DNA of 63,915 bases, counting the filler, from Octopus bimaculoides (Eukaryota): NCBI RefSeq assembly GCF_001194135.2. It is 5 parts of 5 records of this genome, joined end to end, with 100 filler letters (N's around TTAATTAATTAA, not from the genome) between each part and the next. Parts side by side here need not be neighbours in the genome. Positions count along the whole stretch, not along the records: positions 39,420 to 53,246 come from NC_069003.1; positions 53,347 to 62,337 come from NC_068998.1; 3 more parts are not named here. One strand, given 5' to 3'. The notes under the pieces were generated by a model. It did not search any database. It saw only the letters and a program-made list of their open reading frames with translations, and was not told the origin of the DNA. This document shows, piece after piece, positions 48,061-60,559 of this stretch (its first letter is position 1; each line of letters starts with the position of its first letter). Made by a program: the position numbers and the translations under genes.

Positions 48061-48445
48061 GTGGAGGCGCAATGGCCCAGTGGTTAGGGCAGCGAACTCG
48101 CGGCCATAGGATCGCGGTTTCGATTCCCATACCGGGCGTTGTGAGTGTTTATTGAGCGAAAACTCCTAAAGCTCCACGAGGCTCCGGCAGGGGATGGTGG
48201 CGAACCCTGCTGTACTCTTCCACCACAACTTTCTCTCACTCTTACTTCTTGTTTCTGTTGTGCCTGTAATTCAAAGGGTCAGCCTTGTCACACTCTGTGT
48301 CACGCTGAATATCCCCAAGAACTACATAAAGAGTACACGTGTCTGTGGAGTGCTCAGCCACTTGCACGTTAATTTCACGAGTAGGTTGTTCTGTTGATCG
48401 GATTAACTGGAACCCTCGACGTCGTAAGCGACGGAGTGCCAACAA
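48061..48445 (+). mobile_element. Full-length tRNA-derived SINE family B
   Basis: A-box/B-box-like head GGCCCAGTGGTTAGGG...GGTTTCGATTCCC. 3' tail ...TTAATTTCACGAG...GTCGTAAGCGACGGAGTGCCAACAACAA. Confidence 0.9.
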
Positions 48446-48491
48446 CAATATACGTTGCGCTGCTTGCATACGATATACATACGGAGGTGGA

Positions 48492-48709
48492 GAGGGATAC
48501 TAAAAAGTTCCTGGCTTTAAGGGGATCGCGAAAACCCTGGCTTCAAGTAAGCTTAACCTTCCGAGTTCTTTTACAGGGCTTAGAAAAACCGAAGGACCAC
48601 TACAATAAGTGTGAGAACCTGAGAGGGGAATATGTTGAATAAAATCATAATTAACTGATCCTCCTGTATTTTTTTTTACCCGAAGCCAGGAACTTTCCAG
48701 CACCCACTC
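48492..48709 (+). mobile_element. Second copy of the mariner MITE
   Basis: GAGGGATACTAAAAAGTTCCTGGCTTT ... AAGCCAGGAACTTTCCAGCACCCACTC. Internal GLEKPKDHYNKCENLRGEYVE*. Confidence 0.8.
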
Positions 48710-48849
48710 AAACACATGTATATGTGTATAGTTTATGCGTAGAGTCGTTGTGTATATATAATATATATGTAGTACATGTATTACGGCTATGTATGCCTGT
48801 GCGTCAATCAGTGCTACGTATATGTATGTTTATAATGTTTATACATAAT

Positions 48850-48965
48850 CTGATCTTTGTAGTGTTGTGAAAATAGCGTATAGAATCTGTAATTTTGTGT
48901 ATAGAATTTTGTGTATAGAATTGTGTATAAATTAGCGTATAGAATCTGTAATTTTGTGTATAGAT
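48850..48965. repeat. Short minisatellite (GTATAGAAT[CTGTAA]TTTGT)
   Basis: The unit and its subunits are repeated about five times. Confidence 0.7.
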
Positions 48966-49129
48966 TATATACGATACTATAGGAAGTAACGTAGTGTTGG
49001 GTGGTGATGTGTTCTATAGAGCACCGTAGTATAATTTCTACGGGTGTGTGTGTGTATGTGTGTGTATATGGCTGTAGTGCAGTATGCGCGTGGAAATTGT
49101 TTACATAGCGTAGTGTGTAATATGCGTGT

Positions 49130-49350
49130 GTGCGTAGTAAGTTTCAGTAATATTCGTGTGTGTGAAATGTGTGTGTGAAATGTGTGTGTGAAATGTGTGC
49201 GGGTAGTGTTGCGTGAGCGTGCGCACGTGTGCGTTCGTGTGTGTGTGTATATGTATATTGTGGACGTATGAATGGTGTATAGGTGGTGTGTAACACGTGT
49301 TCATTGAGTGTAAGCGAGGTATATGTGTGTATGTGTGTATGTGTGTGTGT

Positions 49351-49383
<33 letters not shown>

Positions 49384-49610
49384 TGTGCATGTGCTGCACA
49401 TGTTTGTGCGTGTGTAGCGCTTGTGTGAGTGAGCAGCGCACGTGTGCGTGTGTGCGAGTGTTGCGCATGTGTGTACGGGTGTGCGTTTGTGCGTGTCGGT
49501 GCATGTGTGCGTGCCCAAGTGTGTATATGCGCGTGAGTGTGTGTGTATGTGTGTGTGTGTGTGTGTGTTTGCGCGCGTGCGCACGCGTGTGTGTGTGTGT
49601 GTGTAGCTTA
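49130..49610. repeat. Long degenerate (TG)/(CG) alternating purine-pyrimidine tract
   Basis: About 480 bp of near-alternating sequence with CG-rich cores. Confidence 0.9.
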
Positions 49611-49813
49611 ATCACTGTGAGTGTAGAGTGTACGTAGAATGTGACGAGTAAATCATTGAATGAGTGAGAGAATTAGGGAATGGAAAAAATAAAATAAAAT
49701 AAAAGTACATATATACAGACATACATATATATGCGTTCATACGCACATACACATCTATATACATAAATATATACACGCATATAGATGAATGAAAACTGTC
49801 ATGTATGTATGTG

Positions 49814-49854
<41 letters not shown>

Positions 49855-50236
49855 NNNNNNNNNNNNNNNNNNNNNNNNNNNNNNNNNNNNNNNNNNNNNN
49901 NNNNNNNNNNNNNNNNNNNNNNNNNNNNNNNNNNNNNNNNNNNNNNNNNNNNNNNNNNNNNNNNNNNNNNNNNNNNNNNNNNNNNNNNNNNNNNNNNNNN
50001 NNNNNNNNNNNNNNNNNNNNNNNNNNNNNNNNNNNNNNNNNNNNNNNNNNNNNNNNNNNNNNNNNNNNNNNNNNNNNNNNNNNNNNNNNNNNNNNNNNNN
50101 NNNNNNNNNNNNNNNNNNNNNNNNNNNNNNNNNNNNNNNNNNNNNNNNNNNNNNNNNNNNNNNNNNNNNNNNNNNNNNNNNNNNNNNNNNNNNNNNNNNN
50201 NNNNNNNNNNNNNNNNNNNNNNNTATATATATAATC

Positions 50237-50279
<43 letters not shown>

Positions 50280-50362
50280 CGTACATGCATAACTGCATAC
50301 ATACATACACCCATATACATGAATTTAAGTATTCATATATATGTGTATATATATGTGTGTGC

Positions 50363-50413
<51 letters not shown>

Positions 50414-50614
50414 CACATAGATGAATGCAAACATACATACATATATGCAAGCATGCATACATATTTCCATACAAGCATACACACATACATACATACATAC
50501 ATAATACAGTTATGCTTGCATCTATATATACATAAAGATTACCAAAGAGCTTAACAGGTGTATATATGTATATACATATACACACACACACGTATATACA
50601 TGCATATAACTATG

Positions 50615-50735
<121 letters not shown>

Positions 50736-51345
50736 GTATATGTATATATATATATATGCACTCGCTCACACATGCAAACACGCTCTCTCACACACACACA
50801 CACAAACACACACACACGGACACGGAGGCAGACATATTACATATCCTTAATACCCACAGAAATTCCTTTCACCCCCCCACTCCCAACACACATTAGAAAC
50901 CCCGGAAGTTATTGTGATTTCCGTTCTGATGATGCGTCAAAGGTGACCTATATCAGCGTTTGCCAGTTGTGAACGTTTTTTCTCAGACATTCGCTATGGT
51001 GTGAGCAGATTCGATCTTGGCTTTGGAAAAAACACGTCGATATTATTCTTCTTCAACCATCAAATCTTAATTTCTCATTCTGTCTGTCTTCTTACCCTTT
51101 CTCTCTCTACTTCGTCTCTCTCGTTCTGTCTGTCTGTCTGTCTCTCTTTCTACTCGTCTTTCATATGTATATGATTTTTGTGTGTGTGTATGTATGTATG
51201 TTATGTATGTATGTATGTACGTATGTATGTATGTGTGTATGTATATGTGTGTGCGTATGTGTGACATGTGTGTCTGTGCATGCGTGTGTGTGCACTCGCT
51301 CTTTTACACACGCTCATGCATAGAATGTGTGTGTGTGCATATATA

Positions 51346-51393
<48 letters not shown>

Positions 51394-52117
51394 CATATAT
51401 ANNNNNNNNNNNNNNNNNNNNNNNNNNNNNNNNNNNNNNNNNNNNNNNNNNNNNNNNNNNNNNNNNNNNNNNNNNNNNNNNNNNNNNNNNNNNNNNNNNN
51501 NNNNNNNNNNNNNNNNNNNNNNNNNNNNNNNNNNNNNNNNNNNNNNNNNNNNNNNNNNNNNNNNNNNNNNNNNNNNNNNNNNNNNNNNNNNNNNNNNNNN
51601 NNNNNNNNNNNNNNNNNNNNNNNNNNNNNNNNNNNNNNNNNNNNNNNNNNNNNNNNNNNNNNNNNNNNNNNNNNNNNNNNNNNNNNNNNNNNNNNNNNNN
51701 NNNNNNNNNNNNNNNNNNNNNNNNNNNNNNNNNNNNNNNNNNNNNNNNNNNNNNNNNNNNNNNNNNNNNNNNNNNNNNNNNNNNNNNNNNNNNNNNNNNN
51801 NNNNNNNNNNNNNNNNNNNNNNNNNNNNNNNNNNNNNNNNNNNNNNNNNNNNNNNNNNNNNNNNNNNNNNNNNNNNNNNNNNNNNNNNNNNNNNNNNNNN
51901 NNNNNNNNNNNNNNNNNNNNNNNNNNNNNNNNNNNNNNNNNNNNNNNNNNNNNNNNNNNNNNNNNNNNNNNNNNNNNNNNNNNNNNNNNNNNNNNNNNNN
52001 NNNNNNNNNNNNNNNNNNNNNNNNNNNNNNNNNNNNNNNNNNNNNNNNNNNNNNNNNNNNNNNNNNNNNNNNNNNNNNNNNNNNNNNNNNNNNNNNNNNN
52101 NNNNNNNNNNNNNNNNA

Positions 52118-52240
52118 TGAAGGACTGCTGCAATAAGTTTGTGAATCTGAGGAAGGAAATATATTGAATAAAATCATAATTAACTGATCCTCTTGTATTT
52201 TCTTTCACCCAAAGCCAGGAACTTTTTAACTCTCCTTCGT
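52118..52240 (+). mobile_element. Third (partial) copy of the mariner MITE, next to a gap
   Basis: KDCCNKFVNLRKEIY, then AATAAAATCATAATTAACTGATC...AAAGCCAGGAACTTTT. Confidence 0.75.
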
Positions 52241-52250
52241 GTGAGCGTTA

Positions 52251-52281
<31 letters not shown>

Positions 52282-52379
52282 GGGAGAAATCACACACACA
52301 AAAAAGAAACAAAAGACGAAGACAGGTGGTATAGACAACAAACAATTGTATTAGTATACCGCTCGGGAAGTGAAAAAGT

Positions 52380-52415
52380 CTTTAACGTTTCGAGCCTACG
52401 CTCTTCCACAGAAAG
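52380..52415 (-). ncRNA. Minimal hammerhead-like motif (core CUGUGGA) in a Penelope-type terminal repeat (~52290-52440)
   Basis: CTTT-CTGTGGA-A-GAGC gtag GCTC-GAAA-CG-TT-AAAG. All helices intact, one core change. Confidence 0.6.
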
Positions 52416-53094
52416 CAACACAGAAAGAAACAAAGAGAAATTTTGCAACCTTGAAGTCTTTGGAATTAAACTTAAATGAAAAGTCCAGAGAAAAGGAGTA
52501 ATGTTGCCTCAAAATTTTGACCGGTTTCGGTTTAATTCCATTTTGGGTCTCGTTCCAACTACACAAGCTAAGAATTTTCCGATTCTTCAGTATTTTCAAG
52601 AGGTGTACATTAAATAAATTATACATAGAAATCGCATTTCAGGTGCAACTTTTTAAGTGCAAAAAATAGTGGTTTTACGAGCAAATTTAGTGCAAGCAGT
52701 ATAATCTTCATTAACATTTAATAAAAATGCGAAATTTCTTTCAGAATACCATTATTATTGCTATTAGATTAAACGCACAAGTATGCCAATTTAAGCTAAT
52801 TAAATAGTACATTTCACTTGTTTTCAAAATAAGATTTATTTCTTAGTTATTAGACCAAGAATTGTTTTCTAAGTTTATTTTCGTACCAATTGGTAAAAAT
52901 TAATCTATACAAGTAATTAATAATTTAAATTATGAATACGACTGCTTAGCACCAAATTTAGGACTGAATTATATCAGGAAAAATTATTCAAATATATTAA
53001 ATTTTTATGAATTAATGAAATTCGGTATTAAAAAATTATCATTATTAAAATTTTTAAAGGAAAAAATATTTCCTATTTTCCTATTTTATTTTGG

Positions 53095-53205
53095 TAAAGG
53101 ATGAAAAGGATGAAAAGCAAAATCGACCTCGGCGGAATTTGAACTCAGATCGTAAAACTGAATGAAATACTGCTAAACACTTAGCGCGGCATGCTAACAA
53201 TTCTT
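53095..53205 (-). mobile_element. SINE family A fragment
   Basis: AAGGATGAAAAGCAAAATCGACCTCGGCGGAATTTGAACTCAG. Confidence 0.8.
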
Positions 53206-53246
53206 TTTTAAGCCTTGTGCTTGGAGGAAAAAAGAATTGTTAGCAT

Positions 53247-53346
53247 NNNNNNNNNNNNNNNNNNNNNNNNNNNNNNNNNNNNNNNNNNNNTTAATTAATT
53301 AANNNNNNNNNNNNNNNNNNNNNNNNNNNNNNNNNNNNNNNNNNNN
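53247..53346. other. Assembly linker (100 bp, six-frame stop)
   Basis: Same construct as 26616-26715. Confidence 0.95.
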
Positions 53347-53512
53347 TCTTATGGTTTCTTAAACATTCACTTGAACAAAACTGTACAAATCCAAATATAT
53401 GGTACCCTAGGCATAACACCTACATGAACTTCTAACTTGTTGTCTCTTGAGGTCTCTGGGTGAGACTTGGATCCAACTTGTACAAATGCAAAACAAAAGT
53501 CAAACATAAAAT
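53347..53512 (+). mobile_element. 3' UTR of another copy of the same Dong/R4-like family
   Basis: Matches 54428-54584 (CTTCTAACTTGTTGTCTCTTGAGGTCTCTGGG...CCAACTTGTACAAATGCAAA). Followed by (TAA)n. Confidence 0.85.
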
Positions 53513-53615
53513 AATAATAATAATAATAACAACAACAACAATAATAATAATAATAATGATACTACTACTACTACTGCTACTACTACTACTACTACTAATA
53601 ATAATAATAATAATG

Positions 53616-53649
<34 letters not shown>

Positions 53650-53677
53650 TAATAATAATAATAATGATAATAATAAC

Positions 53678-54584
53678 TAAGAAAAACCTCTCAATGGCAA
53701 ATATTCAAAGAGAGCTAATAATGCCGATGTTGACAAAGCCCTTACCCATCAACGGTTAATGGCTTCTGGCTTAAAATCAGAAACAGAAGGGTTTATCATA
53801 ACAGCCTAGCCTACCTACAAGAAGCTACCAGGCCAACATTAAAAAGAACGGAGGCTTCCCAACATGTCGTGTATGTCAACAACAAAATGAAACCATTGAT
53901 CATGTTGTCTCCATGTGCAGTCTACAGAGTATCTCAACAGGCACGATAGAGCTGCACAATATATTCATTGGGTAACTTGCAAAAACTTGGACCTGCCCCA
54001 TGATAAAAAGTGGTGGGAACACAAATCACCTCCAGTGCTTGAAAATGATCGCATCTCACTCCTCTGGGACTTTACCATTCAAACTGACTGAAAGATAGAT
54101 GGAAATAGGCCAGACATTATATTGAAAGACTTCAGACAAAAATCATGTCTCCTCATAGATATAACTGTCCCAATCGATATAAACGTATCTGTCAAGACCT
54201 ACCAAAAACTGAGCAAGTATAAAGATCTTGAAATAGAAATTGGCAAAATGTTGAACCTGAAGACTAAAACAATACCTGTTGTCATAGGTGCCCAAGGAAT
54301 GATAGCAAACGGGGCTGATTGCTACCAGCGCAGATACCAGGAAACCCCAAAATGGCAGAAATTCAAAAGATAGTGCTCACGTAAAATACTGTCTATGTAA
54401 TCTCAAGTTTTAAAACAAACTCATAATTTTCTTATGTTTTCTTAAATATTCTCTAGAACAATACTATGTACAAAGCCAAATATATGAAACCCATGGTATA
54501 GCACCAACATGACCTTCTAACTTGTTGTCTCTTGAGGTCTCTGGGAGAGGCTTGGAGCCAACTTGTACAAATGCAAAGTAAAAG
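53678..54584 (+). mobile_element. 5'-truncated Dong/R4-like element (CCHC motif, RLE domain, 3' UTR)
   Basis: LKSETEGFII, CRVCQQQNETIDHVVSMC, RHDRAAQYIHW, LLWDFTIQTD..ID.NRPDIILKD..QKSCLLIDITVP.D.NV..K...KLSKYKDLEIEI. Follows a (TAA)n array. Confidence 0.9.
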
Positions 54585-54740
54585 NNNNNNNNNNNNNNNN
54601 NNNNNNNNNNNNNNNNNNNNNNNNNNNNNNNNNNNNNNNNNNNNNNNNNNNNNNNNNNNNNNNNNNNNNNNNNNNNNNNNNNNNNNNNNNNNNNNNNNNN
54701 NNNNNNNNNNNNNNNNNNNNNNNNNNNNNNNNNNNNNNNN

Positions 54741-54818
<78 letters not shown>

Positions 54819-55017
54819 CCTTTCTACTATAGGTACAAGGCCCGAAGTTTGGGGGAGAGGTTAAGTCAATTACATTGACCCCAGTACTCAACTGGTACTT
54901 ATTTTATCGACCCCGAAAGGATGAAAGGCAAAGTAGACCTCCGCGGAATTTGAACTCAGTCCGTAAAGACGGACGAATACTGCTAAGCATTTTGCCTGGT
55001 ACTGCCAGCTCACTGCC

Positions 55018-55018
<1 letters not shown>
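54819..55018 (-). mobile_element. SINE family A embedded in a (TAA)n array
   Basis: Near full-length copy with long (AAT)n on both sides. Confidence 0.9.
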
Positions 55019-55100
<82 letters not shown>

Positions 55101-55104
<4 letters not shown>

Positions 55105-55390
55105 GATAAAAACAGCTCCAAACCATCACTGGAACTGCACAAATCTGTAAAACATTCCAGAAGTTTATTATTTAAGCATATATGAGCATGTCTAGACATG
55201 CAACTATATGCATAAGAATACATACATGAAACAAAACACACAAATCTGCACATGCACTGACTCCAAATACTGCACATATACACACATGCATGCAAAAATA
55301 CCTTGTTGATCTTGAAATTCCAATGAAGGAGCCTCGGATCTAGGTTAGAAACCGGCTCTTTATTGGCAAGAAAACTTGAAATAAAACTGA
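55101..55390 (+). mobile_element. Probable extreme 3' end of a further RLE-type element after (TAA)n
   Basis: LQTITGTAQICKTF resembles IQKIALLGTAHILRKTL of the 37637 copy. Confidence 0.4.
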
Positions 55391-56274
55391 ATAGTAAACA
55401 TACACATAGGGTATATCATGTTCTCCAGTAATGTTAAAAGATGTAAATCTATTTATTGGTAAAGTCAAACGATTTATGAAGCGTATAGAAGAATATGATC
55501 ACCTAAATAAGCTGTTGATTAAAACTTTTAATTGTTGCTTGGGGGATGATGATAATATATTAAAAAATCAATTGCTTGCAATTTCAATTTTGTAACTTAT
55601 GTAGTTTATGTTTTGGCTCCTCTTGATCTGTTGCTATGCGAGAGATTTCTTCAACATTTATGTGGGAAGCTGTGTTATGTAAATAGAAGTTATTGTTGTT
55701 ATATTTTCTGTATTTGATTCGTAAGTTTAGTAACTTCGGTTTGGTGCCTTTAGTGCGTTCTTAATTATGTTATATATATANNNNNNNNNNNNNNNNNNNN
55801 NNNNNNNNNNNNNNNNNNNNNNNNNNNNNNNNNNNNNNNNNNNNNNNNNNNNNNNNNNNNNNNNNNNNNNNNNNNNNNNNNNNNNNNNNNNNNNNNNNNN
55901 NNNNNNNNNNNNNNNNNNNNNNNNNNNNNNNNNNNNNNNNNNNNNNNNNNNNNNNNNNNNNNNNNNNNNNNNNNNNNNNNNNNNNNNNNNNNNNNNNNNN
56001 NNNNNNNNNNNNNNNNNNNNNNNNNNNNNNNNNNNNNNNNNNNNNNNNNNNNNNNNNNNNNNNNNNNNNNNNNNNNNNNNNNNNNNNNNNNNNNNNNNNN
56101 NNNNNNNNNNNNNNNNNNNNNNNNNNNNNNNNNNNNNNNNNNNNNNNNNNNNNNNNNNNNNNNNNNNNNNNNNNNNNNNNNNNNNNNNNNNNNNNNNNNN
56201 NNNNNNNNNNNNNNNNNNNNNNNNNNNNNNNNNNNNNNNNNNNNNNNNNNNNNNNNNNNNNNNNNNNNNNNNNN

Positions 56275-56433
56275 ATTTTGTGGTAAGAAATTTGTTTCCC
56301 AACCACATGGTCCCGAGTTCACTCCTGCTGCGTAGTACCTTGAGCAAGTGTCTTCTGTTATAGCCTCGAGCCGACCAAAGCCTTCTTATGGGTTTAGTAG
56401 ACGGAAACTGAAAGCCCGCCGTATGTATGTATG

Positions 56434-56467
<34 letters not shown>

Positions 56468-56695
56468 TGTATGTATGTACGTATGTATGTGTGTGCGTGT
56501 GTATTTGTGTTTGTCCCCAGTAGCGCTTGAGAACCGGTGTTGGTGTGTTTATGCCCCCATAAAACAGCTGTTCGACAAAAGATACCGATAAAATTTTAAA
56601 AAGTACTGGGGTCAATTCATTCGACTAGAATTCTTCAAGCTGGTGCCCCAGCATGGCTGCAGTCTAATGACTGAAACAAGTAAAAGAATAAAAGA
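56275..56695 (+). mobile_element. SINE family D followed by family C, joined by (ATGT)n
   Basis: CCTTGAGCAAGTGTCTTCTG...GACGGAAACTGAAAG; later GGGGTCAATTCATTCGACT...CCCCAGCATGGCTGCAGTC...AAGTAAAAGA. Confidence 0.8.
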
Positions 56696-57537
56696 ATATA
56701 TATTTAATAGCTGCAGTTCTGTGACGGTTTATTCGATTTTACATTTTACGGAAGCAGTTTTGTCGTTCATGTGCCAAGTAATTTATGTTTAAATGGAGAT
56801 ATTTTATCCTTTTAGTTATTTTTCCACATTTAATTGATTTATATATTTAGTAATTTCAGTTTGTTACGTTTAGTTTCTTTTTATGTTTTATAGTTCTTTA
56901 GGTGAAAATGTCCGTTTTGGTTTATTTTTTTATTTGATCTGATTTATATATTTGATAGCTACTGTTCTGAAACAACTTATTTCTTTTGATTCTGTTATAG
57001 TTTATGAACTGGCAATGTCCCTCTGTTTTGTTCATTTTTATTTGCGCTTAGTAACTTTAATCAAGTGTCAAATGAACATATTGAAAGCCTTCCTCGGGTC
57101 TATTATTCCTAAATAGCGTTCCTATATTTGACGCTGTTGACACCGTCAGATTGAATAGTACTGCCCAGGTGTCGAAACGATAAGGATTTTCGATACACAG
57201 CAGAAGATGGGATGCGTACATTTGTTGCGTTTGTTTATTTGAGTATATCTTTGTTGTGAGCTTTTTCGTACTCTATGTTTTCAATTTCATTCTCTATTGT
57301 GCTGTCGGTTCTTGTCGAATTCTCCTGTTGTTAGGACTGATCTGATTGGAGTTTTTAGCTTGCCTTGAAAATTAATTGATTTTCGAGTTTGTATAATAAG
57401 CATTTGGTGCCGAGTAGACTTTGTTTCTAATGTTTTAATGTAGGATTTCATAAATTGGCTTTTACGGTTAGTGTTAACCATATTTGTTGTAGTGGTTTCT
57501 CCTCATTCTTTTTCTCATTCTTCTTCTTATTATTATA

Positions 57538-57760
57538 ACGAGGCGGCGAGCTGGCACGTTAGCACGCTGAACGAATTGCTTAACAGTATTTCGCCCGTCG
57601 CTACGTTTTGAGTTCAAATTCCGCCAAATCGACTTTACCTTTCATCCATTCGCGGTCGACTAATTAAGTACAATCGAAACACTGGAGTCGATGTAATCGA
57701 CTTGTCCCCTCCCCCCACAATTTCAGGCTTTGTGCCTTTAGTAAAAAGGATTATAATTAT
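57538..57760 (+). mobile_element. SINE family A
   Basis: GAGGCGGCGAGCTGGCAC...GAGTTCAAATTCCGCC...TGTGCCTTTAGTAAAAAGGATTAT. Confidence 0.85.
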
Positions 57761-57859
57761 CATAACGATAATTGGTGTATATGAATTTATATTCGGGATA
57801 GAAGGACTGAAAATTTAGAAGCAGGGCAACAAGTTTCTATGACTATATATAATTTACCT

Positions 57860-57990
57860 TGTAACCCCAATAGCTATATCAGGCTTGTGTTTGCAATTGG
57901 TAGAAGTTTTGATGGTAATGCTCCGCCAATATTCATTGTGTTGGTTGATATGTTTGTAGGTATTCAATTCATATATTCATGCGTTTCGAT
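57860..57990 (-). mobile_element. Decayed RLE-type non-LTR fragment
   Basis: NEYWRSITIKTSTNCKHKPDIAI resembles the W...I.T......KPDI endonuclease motif. Confidence 0.4.
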
Positions 57991-58104
57991 CACCACAGCT
58001 AAAAGGTTATCTGCAGTATACATGCTTCAGACATTTTGAATTGCGTTCTATGTTAATGCATATTACTTTATTTACTTCACGATCATGACAAACAACACAC
58101 ACAC

Positions 58105-58184
<80 letters not shown>

Positions 58185-59019
58185 CCATTTATATTCAAAT
58201 TGTATTGGGTCGCCGAAGAATTGTGTGGTAAATCGCTGACGAGGGACAATTATCCCGAAGGAGTTCCGTATGAAGAGAACAATAGGACATTTTCACATAA
58301 TTTCAAACTTCAAGGCTTTCAAATACATAATCACATAGTTATGTAAATTATTCCATGCAACCTGAGTTAGTGTTCTCTGAGTCTAACTCACTCACGCATT
58401 CAATCACTCCCTCCCCCTATCTCTCTCACTGCGTGTATGTGTATGTGTGTGTGTGTATTTAATATTTCTCATGCGTACGGTCTTACGCACAATATTGTTA
58501 CTAGTGAGTTTCAAGCTTCACGTAAAGTGATGCCAATAACCACAATGGTGAAACGTAAGTAGGGTACAAATGATATAAACTGCATCTTACGTTTATCATA
58601 TATGTGTGTGAGTGTGTGTGTGTCTGTAAGTATGCATATGTATGTGTGTGTATGTGCGTGTGTATGTGCTTGCGTACGTGCATACGTGTGTGAGGGCGAG
58701 TTGTACCTAGTGTTTAGGGTGTTGTACTTATGATGGCGAAATGGGTTCCAATTCCTGGACCGGGTAGCTCATTGTGTTCTTGAGCGAAACAGTTCATCCC
58801 GCGTTATTCTGTGATTACTTTGGCAACGTTTATTTGATGGAGGAGTGAGTTTAATGTACACCACAAAATTTGATCACTACAGAAAAATCAATTGTGTAGG
58901 TCGTCCAGCAAAACGTAGTGTTCGACAAGACATTCCGTCATGTATATATATATATATCTTTCATACAAAGTAAACCCCAAATTCTTTTCTACTCTAGGCA
59001 CAATTCCCGAAATTTGAGA

Positions 59020-59100
59020 ATTTCGCCCGGCGTACTAACGTTTCTTATTTCTTTATCGCATTTCGCCCGGCGTACTAACGTTTCTGCCGGATCCCCGCCT
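59020..59100 (-). mobile_element. SINE family A head with internally duplicated junction
   Basis: TTTCGCCCGGCGTACTAACGTTTC occurs twice. Confidence 0.75.
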
Positions 59101-59805
59101 TAAGCAAACCAAAAATTAAGCTATATAGCAACCTCTTTATTGTAAATTCCATTTCTAAATTCAAATGTTTGCTTTCAAGTCTGCATTCTTAATTTCGACA
59201 CAAATTCAAATCCGTTTCTGTCAGATACGCCAAACCCAGAATTGTCATTCTATAGAAATTCGAAAATACTTCCTCCCACCACCATATATTGTTACTTACT
59301 CACCCGTGTAAGCAGTAAAGCTCACCTCCTCAGGTACAACTGATGAGTATTTTAGAAAACTTCAAGCACTGTAACGTCTGTCGCCTAAAGGTCACGAAGA
59401 AATACCGAATTGTGTTCGTTAGAAAGTAGGAAAATTTATCATCGAATAAATGAGTAAAGTACTGAATGTACTGAGGTCTAATTTCTCTTCTTTAAATAAC
59501 CAATCTGTCTGCCCCCCCCCCCACGTATATACAATTTATATATTGAATACATAGACAAAATAGATAAATAGTTACATCCATGTATACATACATACATACA
59601 TACATACATACATACATACATACATACATACATAGGGGCTTCTCTACCAAAATAAACCGAAGGCCGAAAGAGATTATATTAAGAGCAATCGATGACATAG
59701 GAAGATATTATCTACAACTATGTAATGAACCCTCCTTCTGGCAGATTAACGCTTGTATATATGAATTGGCTGTTGCTACGAAACAATATATGAACGACAC
59801 ATACA

Positions 59806-59836
<31 letters not shown>

Positions 59837-59995
59837 TCGAAATTCATGCAAACATTTGAGAGTTCAGCCAATTTGAAATTATGAAATCTTCGTATAAAAT
59901 GTAATAAACCAGTGAACCAGACACTCACAGATATGCATTAATAACTCTCCTTCCGTCTCTCTTCCCTCCATCCTCTTTCCTTCTTTCTTCCTTTC

Positions 59996-60044
<49 letters not shown>

Positions 60045-60528
60045 ATCTGTCTGTTTGTCTGTCTATCTATCTGTCTATTTATCTATCTGACTCTTTTTCT
60101 TCCTCCCCTCATTCTCACTCCACCTCTCTCGTTCACGTACATACACACACATACACACACACACATAAGCTTTCTCCCTCACGCTCACACACCGACACAA
60201 GAGGACACACAGGAAAGATACTTGTGTGCAAGTTACAAAAACTACAACGACTGGTTGATCACCAAGGGACACTCACGTGACCTTTGTGTCACCGAGGCAA
60301 AACAATCGTGGGATACCGTCCCAAAAGAAATCACACGAGCCTGGTTGTTTATTTTCAGCGCTCAGCCATGTCAACAGCATCCCGGTGTGCCCCAGCCTCT
60401 ATTGTACCGCCTTGGGTCTTTTATTTTCTTTTTTTCTTTCTTTCTTTCTCTTTTATGCTTTAACGCTATTGTTGGATATTATGTTTCAAAAGCATGGATT
60501 TATACTCCATATATATGTATATATATGA

Positions 60529-60559
<31 letters not shown>

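Noticed and set aside
33830-48130. tRNA-like A-box and B-box segments at SINE heads as tRNA genes
   Set aside because: They run directly into SINE bodies and tails, and no complete cloverleaf is evident.
57135-57190. GACACC...GGTGTC-GAAACG hairpin as a hammerhead
   Set aside because: The core is truncated and stem I cannot form.
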